Part shown: piece after piece, positions 57,097 to 64,000 of the stretch
Layout: every line of letters begins with the position of its first letter
Numbering within the stretch: position 1 is the stretch's first letter
Virus record (IMG/VR): IMGVR_UViG_3300047548_001122
Location: 124,001-188,000 of that record
DNA: 64,000 nt
Direction: 5' to 3' (one strand)
The notes under the pieces: generated by a model
Seen by the model: the letters and a program-made list of their open reading frames with translations, nothing else
The model's database searches: none
What the model was told of the DNA's origin: nothing
Position numbers and translations under genes: made by a program

Positions 57097-57284
57097 TGCA
57101 TCCATTAGAACAAGAAATACAAGCTCTTAATGAAGCTTATGAAAACGGTGATATAGACCGAAATGAAAGAGATTATTTGTTGCTCGAAATCAGAGATATT
57201 AGAGCAGCACAAGAATGTGCAGGTGACGAACAATTAGCAAGACAAATATTTCAAGCCTGCAATATAGCAATGGCAGTACTTTAA
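57096..57284 (+). CDS. Small hypothetical protein
   Basis: TAATG coupled, 62 aa. Confidence 0.5.
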   Translation: MHPLEQEIQALNEAYENGDIDRNERDYLLLEIRDIRAAQECAGDEQLARQIFQACNIAMAVL

Positions 57285-57288
57285 AATT

Positions 57289-57336
57289 ATGCAACAGGAA
57301 TCTTGTCCTATTTGTGGTGGCAAACATAAAAAATAA
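57289..57336 (+). CDS. 15-aa micro-ORF MQQESCPICGGKHKK
   Basis: Fills the gap between 57284 stop and endolysin RBS; CxxC..H motif. Confidence 0.35.
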   Translation: MQQESCPICGGKHKK

Positions 57337-57350
57337 AGGATGAATTATCT

Positions 57351-57968
57351 ATGGAATTAACTAAAGAACAATTAAAACAATTATTACCAAAAAACCCATA
57401 CATTAATCAATGGCACCATGCACTAAGTCAGTTATTACCTGACTATGAAATCAATACTCCACAAAGAATTGCATCATTCATTGCACAATGCGCTCATGAA
57501 TCTGGTAATTTTATTTTTCTTACAGAAAATCTAAACTATAAAGCAGAAAGTCTAATGAAGGTATTTCCAAAATACTTCAAAGATATAACTACTGCAAAAG
57601 CTTATGAAAAGAAACCGGAAAAGATTGCAAACAAAATTTATGCCAATCGCATGGGTAACGGCGACGAAACTAGTGGCGATGGTTGGCGTTATCGTGGACG
57701 TGGACTAATTCAATTGACTGGTAAAACAAATTATCAGTGGTTTGCTGCATCACTTGAAATTTCACCAGAAGAAGCCGCAGAATATACACAAACATTTGAA
57801 GGTGCTGCACAGTCAGCATGTTGGTTCTGGGAAACTAATAAGTTAAACAATGAAGCTGACAAAGGTGATATTAAAGTAATGACTCGTAAAATCAATGGTG
57901 GTTTCATTGGACTAGAAGATCGTATTAAACACTATAATCACGCTCTTCATGTTTTAGGAGTGCATTAA
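57351..57968 (+). CDS. GH19 endolysin
   Basis: FIAQCAHESG, ENLNY, DGWRYRGRGLIQLTGKTNY, TRKINGG. Confidence 0.93.
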   Translation: MELTKEQLKQLLPKNPYINQWHHALSQLLPDYEINTPQRIASFIAQCAHESGNFIFLTENLNYKAESLMKVFPKYFKDITTAKAYEKKPEKIANKIYANRMGNGDETSGDGWRYRGRGLIQLTGKTNYQWFAASLEISPEEAAEYTQTFEGAAQSACWFWETNKLNNEADKGDIKVMTRKINGGFIGLEDRIKHYNHALHVLGVH

Positions 57969-58210
57969 TGAAATATCTAGCAATTTTATTTTTACCACTA
58001 TTGGTGGCATGTCAAGAAAATTATCGTTATCCTTGCCAGGACCCCGATAATTGGGAAAAGAAAGAATGTCAAAAACCTTATTGTAGCGCAAACGGAACTT
58101 GTCCTGAAGATTTAACTCCATATGAAAAAGATAAAGTTGGAGGATTACCAGGAAATACAAATATAACACAGCCTGCACAACAGATGCCAAAAAAAGGAGA
58201 ATGTAAATGA
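57968..58210 (+). CDS. Small lipoprotein
   Basis: Lipobox LLVA|C, RYPCQDP..EC..PYC...GTCP. Confidence 0.65.
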   Translation: MKYLAILFLPLLVACQENYRYPCQDPDNWEKKECQKPYCSANGTCPEDLTPYEKDKVGGLPGNTNITQPAQQMPKKGECK

Positions 58211-58686
58211 TTAACGAATTATGGTCAGGAGAAAGATACACAACTGAAGAATTAAATGCTCGTTTGAAATTTTTTATTGGTATTGTTTTGGGCTTGACTT
58301 TATTTGGTATTGTTTTCGTTGTTCTCTACAGTCTTATTTTCGTAACTCAGCCAATGAATGGTATGAGTCCTGTTGATAACAAGTTCTTTGAATTGATTAT
58401 TCCAATTGCTACATTTTTAACAGGTACACTGTCAGGCATCATGTTGGCGGGTGACGATAAAGAATTAAGAGCAAAGGCTATTGATGCTGCAAACAAACCT
58501 TATACACCACCTCCATCACCACCATCAGTAACACCAAAAGTTGGTTCATCGTTTACACCAAGCGCTGCACCAGTTTCAAGTTCTTTTGATACTGTGATGA
58601 ACAGTGTACCTTCATTTGTCGCAAGTGAAGTTTCAGGATTTGGTGGTAAACCAGCACCATCACAACCAGAACATCCGGAGAAATAA
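58207..58686 (+). CDS. Two-TM membrane protein (holin/antiholin candidate)
   Basis: Two TM helices then Pro/Ser-rich tail. Confidence 0.5.
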   Translation: MINELWSGERYTTEELNARLKFFIGIVLGLTLFGIVFVVLYSLIFVTQPMNGMSPVDNKFFELIIPIATFLTGTLSGIMLAGDDKELRAKAIDAANKPYTPPPSPPSVTPKVGSSFTPSAAPVSSSFDTVMNSVPSFVASEVSGFGGKPAPSQPEHPEK

Positions 58687-58910
58687 TGAACTTTTTCACC
58701 AAAATGCTCTCAGGAGAAGGTGAAAATAATCCAAGTAGTAAGAGAGTAATTACGTTTTTAGCTTTCTTATTACTTGCTGTTGGATTTATTGCAGAAATGT
58801 TTTTTGAAAAAAAAGTAAACCCTACTACATATGAATACATGATGTATATTGTCATAGGTGGTTTAGGGTTTACTGCATCTGAAAAATTTACTAAAAAGGA
58901 TACAAAATGA
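58686..58910 (+). CDS. Two-TM holin candidate
   Basis: SSKRV..hydrophobic helix..hydrophobic helix..EKF basic tail; 74 aa. Confidence 0.5.
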   Translation: MNFFTKMLSGEGENNPSSKRVITFLAFLLLAVGFIAEMFFEKKVNPTTYEYMMYIVIGGLGFTASEKFTKKDTK

Positions 58911-59095
58911 AAAGATTACTAACTATTGCTTTACTAGCATTGATGCCTTTAGCCTATGCGGATTGTCATGCTGCCGAAGAAAAAAAAGTTTGCGTTAAAG
59001 AGTTCGATAACAAAACTAAAAAAGAAAAAGAAGTTTGCAAAACTATCAAAGTTCATAAGAAACTTGAAGGCACAAAGATTCCTGATAAAAAATAA
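58907..59095 (+). CDS. Small secreted protein
   Basis: Signal peptide ending AYA, three Cys, basic. Confidence 0.5.
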   Translation: MKRLLTIALLALMPLAYADCHAAEEKKVCVKEFDNKTKKEKEVCKTIKVHKKLEGTKIPDKK

Positions 59096-59105
59096 AGGTT
59101 AAGTA

Positions 59106-59846
59106 ATGCCACTCACTAGAATAACTACCGAAAATATCTCCAATACTGCTATTGGGATACAGGATTTAAATGCGGATACAGTAAATTCGTTAATGTCTAC
59201 TTCCAATTCTGCGTTAAGTATTGCCACTAGTGCTAATTCCAATACTGGCGTTGTATCTGGAACATATGGAGGTATAGCTATAAATCCAATAATAGTGACA
59301 GATTCTAGAGGAAAAATAACTTCCGCTACAAATGGTGTTGGTTTTTTACTTTATAGGTTAAATGATAATATTGTTGGTAGTAATGCTACAGGAAATCAAA
59401 AAGTTTTTGATAAGGCTGTAACATTAGAGGGTAGTACACAATATGAAATAGAAGCTCAATACGCATTTTCCAAAACATCTGGCACCACTAGTCATAACTT
59501 TCAAATAGGATTTGGTGGAACAGCAACACTTAATAACATAGCATATCATACTTCCTTTAAATATAATACTGGTAGTTTTACTTCAGCTCCAACAACAGAC
59601 AGTTTGCACTCATTTATACAAGTTCCAACTCAAACTACAATTTTATCAGGATTAACTTCTGCTGCTGCATACATAGTAATCTCAATTAGAGGAACAGTTT
59701 CAATAAATGAAGCGGGAACTTTTCAACCAAATTATAGTTTGACTACTGCTCCAGGCGGAGCTTACACTGTTGCTTTAGGAAGTTATATTAAACTCACTAA
59801 AATAGGATCCGCTGGTTCTGATGTTGTTATTGGAACTTGGGCATAA
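59106..59846 (+). CDS. Tail fibre-associated structural protein
   Basis: SGTYGG..IVTDSRGKITSA fibre-type motif; Thr/Ser/Gly-rich beta domain. Confidence 0.55.
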   Translation: MPLTRITTENISNTAIGIQDLNADTVNSLMSTSNSALSIATSANSNTGVVSGTYGGIAINPIIVTDSRGKITSATNGVGFLLYRLNDNIVGSNATGNQKVFDKAVTLEGSTQYEIEAQYAFSKTSGTTSHNFQIGFGGTATLNNIAYHTSFKYNTGSFTSAPTTDSLHSFIQVPTQTTILSGLTSAAAYIVISIRGTVSINEAGTFQPNYSLTTAPGGAYTVALGSYIKLTKIGSAGSDVVIGTWA

Positions 59847-59860
59847 TTAATAGGGAAAAA

Positions 59861-60226
59861 ATGGCACATTTTGCACAATTGAATGAAGAAAATAAAGTTA
59901 TTCAAGTTATCGTAGTTCACAATAATGAACTAATGCTTGATGGTGAAGAAAACGAAACAAAAGGAATTTTGTTTTGTAAATCTCTATTTGGTGAAGAAAC
60001 TAAATGGAAACAAACGAGTTATAATGGAACTTTTAGAAAAAATTATGCTGGAATAGATTACACATATGATGCGGTCAAAGATGCTTTTATCCCACCAAAA
60101 CCATATAATTCTTGGTCACTAAACGAAACAACATGTTTGTGGGAAGCACCTACACCATATCCTACTGATGGCCAACCTTATATTTGGAATGAAGAAACAA
60201 CCAGCTGGGTACTAGTTGCAGAATGA
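59861..60226 (+). CDS. Tail-fibre-associated hypothetical protein
   Basis: MAHFAQL, WKQTSYN..RKNYAGI, FIPPKPY.SW..W.APTPYP. Confidence 0.6.
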   Translation: MAHFAQLNEENKVIQVIVVHNNELMLDGEENETKGILFCKSLFGEETKWKQTSYNGTFRKNYAGIDYTYDAVKDAFIPPKPYNSWSLNETTCLWEAPTPYPTDGQPYIWNEETTSWVLVAE

Positions 60227-60591
60227 CAACATACATAAACAGCGGTAACATAGAACAAACAGCAGTCGATGAATTTGTTAAACCAAAAATAACATCGATC
60301 ACTGTTACAAATAGTAGCTATGTTGCCACTGGAGCTAACACCGTATCAACAAGTGGTGGATACGTACAAATAGTCGGATCAAGTTTTAGTAGTCCGATGC
60401 AAGTGTTTTTGGACCCAATAGGAACAAATAGAGTAGAAACTACAACATCAGCAACAGCAGTAACGTATGTAAGTTCCACAACAATTAATGTGCAACTACC
60501 AGCAAAAGCAGCAGGAAATTATACATGTTTTATTGTGAGAACATCAGATGGTCAATTCGCAACAAAAATTAACGGCATAAGATACGCATAA
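60223..60591 (+). CDS. Single IPT/TIG (Ig-like) domain protein
   Basis: PKITSI..GGYVQIVGSSF..TYVSSTTINVQLPA. Confidence 0.7.
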   Translation: MTTYINSGNIEQTAVDEFVKPKITSITVTNSSYVATGANTVSTSGGYVQIVGSSFSSPMQVFLDPIGTNRVETTTSATAVTYVSSTTINVQLPAKAAGNYTCFIVRTSDGQFATKINGIRYA

Positions 60592-60594
60592 AAA

Positions 60595-63500
60595 ATGACA
60601 CAAAAAATATCCTCAGTAAACATTGAAGCTGCGACACTGGCATCTTTTTCTGGACCAACAATTGCAAATGTTTCTATTGCGAATTCAACATATACAATAT
60701 TAGATGATACAGCAGTTTCAAATGCTGGAGGTTATGTCGTCATCACTGGTAGTAACTTTCAATCAGGCGCTCAAGTTTTATTTGGAAGCACTTCAGCATG
60801 TACGGTTACTTTTGTAGATTCGACTCAACTGAATGTTCAAGTTCCCGCATTAACATCTGGTAGTTATGTGGTGTATGTACAAAATGGTGATGGTTCAACA
60901 GCAATTAAATTAAATGGTATTACATCAAGTCCAATACCAGTTTGGTCAACAGATAGTACTTTAACACAACAAGATTCTGGCGCAGTAATTAGTATTTCTT
61001 TGGCAGCACCATCCGATTCAAATGTTACATATTCTCTTGCACAAGGAAGTTCTTTACCAAGTGGAACCACACTAGCAGCAAATGGATTGTTTAGTGGTAC
61101 AGTTACAATAGAAAATGAAACGACTTACAATTTTACGGTTAATGCAATCGATGATGAAAATCAAGATGCTTCGAGGTCGTTTAGTATCACAATTGCAACT
61201 GGAGACCCATACTACTATCTCACAACTCTACATTTATCCGGCGAAACACCCGCAAATAATTGGTTAACTGATGTAAGTACAAATAATTTTGCATTAACTG
61301 TAAATGGTGATGCAAAGCCAACATCATTTAGTCCATATGAAACCAATTGGGGCGTTTACTTCGATGGATCGGATGATTATGTTTATGCAGCAGCAAACGC
61401 TGCCTTTGATTTACCTGGAGATTTCACAATCGAATGTTGGGCTAATTTTAGCAATTTAGGAGGAAACAGATTACTAATTGATACTTATATTGCTGGAGAT
61501 AATGCATCTTATCAGTTATACTGGAGAACCACAGGAAGTTCAATCGTATTTTATACTCCTGGTGATGGCGTCATTTTACAGGATCCATCATCCTCAACAG
61601 TTGTGATAAACAAGTGGTATCATATTGCTGTTGTAAGAAGTGGTACAACAGCAAAACTTTATATTGATGGTCAAGAAAAAGCGTCAGCAACACTGACTAG
61701 AGATTTAACACATGGAAATGATCTTGCGTTAGGTATTCAGAAAACTTCACTTACTAATGATTTAACTGGATATATTTCTAACGTTCGTATTGTAAAAGGT
61801 ACGGCGGTCTATACCTCAAACTTCACACCATCAACATCACCATTAACAGCAATATCAGGTACAACTTTCTTGGCATGTCAATCCAATAGATTTGTTGACA
61901 ATAGCACTAATAACCTTCCTCTTATTGTTAGTGGCACAGTAAATACAACTAGTTATGGTCCATTTACAGAAACAGATTTAGTAACTGGTAGTGCATATTT
62001 TGATGGTTCTGGAGATTATTTAACTGCTTCTGCTAACTCCAGTTTAGCTATGGGAACAGGAGATTTTACAGTAGAATTTTGGATCAATCTTAATGTATCT
62101 CAATCATCAGATGTTATTACTTTATCCCCCGGCGGTTGGTCGATTATTCTGTTCTCGGGAGATTTGTATTTTCAAACAGGTCGCGGCGGCGGAAGTTTAA
62201 ATAATTATTTCACTGTAGGAACATATATTCCATATAAATCTTGGGGACACGTTGCATATGTTAGGTCTGGTGGTACTGGAAGATTTTATGCGAATGGTGT
62301 AGCGGTGGGAACGCCTGTTGCCGACTCTACGAATTATTCTTCAACACAAACTTCTGTTTTAATAGGCGGAGGTGCAAGTCCTGCTTACGGAGCATTAGCA
62401 GGTTATATTTCAAACATTCGCATAGTAAAAGGTGTTGCTTTATATACCGGCAACTTTACACCTCCTGTAAACACTTTAGTTCTAACTGGATCATCACCTT
62501 ACTCCAATACAACAAACGTAAACACTACATTTAGTTCATCTAACACCAGTCTGCTAACACTACAAAACAGATTTGGTGAAAACAATAATCGTTTTGTTGA
62601 TACATCTGGAACCAATAATATTATTACAAGAGTTGGCAATTCAACACAAGGTACATTTAGTCCGTTCAGTAAAACTGGTTGGAGTAATTATTTTGATGGT
62701 ACAGGAGATTATGTTACATTTTCTAACTCATCACAATTTGCATTTGGCACAGGACCATTTACCATTGAATTTTGGATTAATGCTCCTTTAAATAATGATA
62801 AGTTTATTTTAGGAGGAAGAACCGCAATCGGAACGATGCATATTACTACTGGAGGTTTTAGTAGTACCGCTGGAGTTTTAAGATATGTTGGTTCGTCAAC
62901 GATTGTAAGCTCGAATGTTATCACTGACAATACATGGCACCATTGTGCAATAGTTCGAGATGGAAGTAATAACATTACATTATACGTGGATGGCGTATCT
63001 GTTGGAACTGGAACTGATACTACAAACTATACTACTACTAGTGGAGAATGGAAAATTGGATCAAATGATAATTTTGCCGGTAGTAATTTACTAACAGGTT
63101 ATTTGTCCAATATGCGTATCATAAAAGGTACCGCACTTTATACATCCACATTCACACCATCAACAACTTCACTAACAGCAATTGCAAACACTAGTCTATT
63201 AACGTGTCAATCAAATCAATTTGCTGATAGTAGCAACAACAATTTAACTTTAACTGTCAATGGTAATCCTAGCGTTCAACCATTCAGTGCATTTAAACCA
63301 ACTTCTGAATGGTCATTAAGTACAGTTGGTGGTAGTATGTATTTTGATGGGTCTGGAGATTATTTGTCGTGTCCAAACAATGCAAATTTAAATCCAAACA
63401 CTAATGATTTTATTATGGAAGCTTGGGTTTACATTACTGGAACAACAGGGTCGAATCAAGGATTTAATGGAAAAGGAACAGCGGGTACCGATGGATACAG

Positions 63501-64000
63501 TTTTTACATAACAAATTCTCTTGTTCTGTCTTTCATATGGAATGGAACAGGAGGAGCAACAATCACAGCTGGAACATTAAAATTGAACAATTGGCATCAT
63601 GTAGCTGTAGTTAGAAACAGTGATGTCATTCGACTATATTTGGATGGCGTTGGTGCAGGTAGTTCTACTAGTTGCACCACAGATATAACCACCACCGGTA
63701 TAAAATATATTGGACAAGCAAGAGGTGCCAATGTAATGAAAGGATACATGTCGGGTTATCGAATGATAAAAGGTAATTTGCCAGCTGGTTATGATGCAAC
63801 ATCTAGCACCATCACTGTTCCGCCAGCGCCACCAGAAGTAGTTAAATCATCTTCTCTAATACTTGGTGGAACTAATGGTGGCATTATAGATTATACAACA
63901 AAAAATAATTATGAAACTGTAGGTAATGTACAGCTGAGAAATAACATTGTAAAGTATGGAAATAGTTCAATGTATTTTGATGGAAATGGAGATTTTCTTT
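60595..64000 (+). CDS. Large adhesin/tail fibre: IPT/TIG + Ig-like + at least four LamG (ConA-like) repeats; 3' truncated, absent from ORF track
   Basis: ATG 60595, frame read open where checked through 64000; YFDGxxDY repeats near 61351, 61990, 62683, 63334, 63967; FTIECW, WYHIAVVR, GYISNVRIVKG. Confidence 0.85.
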   Translation, partial: MTQKISSVNIEAATLASFSGPTIANVSIANSTYTILDDTAVSNAGGYVVITGSNFQSGAQVLFGSTSACTVTFVDSTQLNVQVPALTSGSYVVYVQNGDGSTAIKLNGITSSPIPVWSTDSTLTQQDSGAVISISLAAPSDSNVTYSLAQGSSLPSGTTLAANGLFSGTVTIENETTYNFTVNAIDDENQDASRSFSITIATGDPYYYLTTLHLSGETPANNWLTDVSTNNFALTVNGDAKPTSFSPYETNWGVYFDGSDDYVYAAANAAFDLPGDFTIECWANFSNLGGNRLLIDTYIAGDNASYQLYWRTTGSSIVFYTPGDGVILQDPSSSTVVINKWYHIAVVRSGTTAKLYIDGQEKASATLTRDLTHGNDLALGIQKTSLTNDLTGYISNVRIVKGTAVYTSNFTPSTSPLTAISGTTFLACQSNRFVDNSTNNLPLIVSGTVNTTSYGPFTETDLVTGSAYFDGSGDYLTASANSSLAMGTGDFTVEFWINLNVSQSSDVITLSPGGWSIILFSGDLYFQTGRGGGSLNNYFTVGTYIPYKSWGHVAYVRSGGTGRFYANGVAVGTPVADSTNYSSTQTSVLIGGGASPAYGALAGYISNIRIVKGVALYTGNFTPPVNTLVLTGSSPYSNTTNVNTTFSSSNTSLLTLQNRFGENNNRFVDTSGTNNIITRVGNSTQGTFSPFSKTGWSNYFDGTGDYVTFSNSSQFAFGTGPFTIEFWINAPLNNDKFILGGRTAIGTMHITTGGFSSTAGVLRYVGSSTIVSSNVITDNTWHHCAIVRDGSNNITLYVDGVSVGTGTDTTNYTTTSGEWKIGSNDNFAGSNLLTGYLSNMRIIKGTALYTSTFTPSTTSLTAIANTSLLTCQSNQFADSSNNNLTLTVNGNPSVQPFSAFKPTSEWSLSTVGGSMYFDGSGDYLSCPNNANLNPNTNDFIMEAWVYITGTTGSNQGFNGKGTAGTDGYSFYITNSLVLSFIWNGTGGATITAGTLKLNNWHHVAVVRNSDVIRLYLDGVGAGSSTSCTTDITTTGIKYIGQARGANVMKGYMSGYRMIKGNLPAGYDATSSTITVPPAPPEVVKSSSLILGGTNGGIIDYTTKNNYETVGNVQLRNNIVKYGNSSMYFDGNGDFL

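Noticed and set aside
728-62975. Minus-strand and short alternate-frame ORFs in the ORF track (e.g. 3259..3714, 14814..15272, 24252..24710, 48606..49136)
   Set aside because: Shadows of well-supported plus-strand genes, with no RBS or motifs; 49385..49684 is the one exception retained
60595-64000. Diversity-generating retroelement or DNA-level repeat array in the adhesin
   Set aside because: Repeats are diverged protein domains; no reverse transcriptase or TR/VR pair seen
1-64000. CRISPR array, rRNA, IS elements, introns/inteins, alternative genetic code
   Set aside because: No repeat-spacer pattern or transposase seen; core genes are uninterrupted and of expected size under the standard code

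Overview
AT-rich, almost entirely plus-strand segment of a large T4-like myophage genome. Host is probably a Gram-negative bacterium (spanin-like pair, GH19 endolysin, proteobacterial-type IscU). Order: tail/head morphogenesis (gp18 3' part, gp19, gp20, gp67, gp68, gp21, gp22, gp23, gp3) with two free-standing GIY-YIG-type endonucleases; recombination/transcription (uvsY, uvsW, gp55, gp47, gp46); vWA + MoxR-AAA pair; replication block (gp45, gp44, gp62, regA, gp43, uvsX, gp41) with accessory genes (peptide deformylase, Hsp20, dCMP deaminase, cytidylyltransferase, nucleotide pyrophosphatases); iscU; a seven-gene glycan cluster; putative head-packaged modular internal proteins; a lysis cassette; and a large Ig/LamG adhesin gene running off the end. 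Top candidate for an undescribed system: a DruA/DUF4338-like (Mom-like GNAT fold, inferred) gene directly followed by a separately promoted 63-nt mini tRNA-Gly mimic. It has Gly identity elements, a CCA end, a collapsed D-arm and A49-U65/A51-U63 T-stem pairs, and a second enzyme paralog sits next to gp41. This suggests aminoacyl-tRNA-dependent glycyl transfer, possibly DNA hypermodification. Other highlights are internal polyproteins with T4-like capsid-targeting N-termini and gp21-type cleavage sites (ligase-like, nucleotidyltransferase + kinase, HicA modules), a nested out-of-frame gene, a pseudoknotted leader, a ROSE-like thermometer and an antisense promoter at gp55. All family assignments are from motif recognition by eye; no database searches were run.
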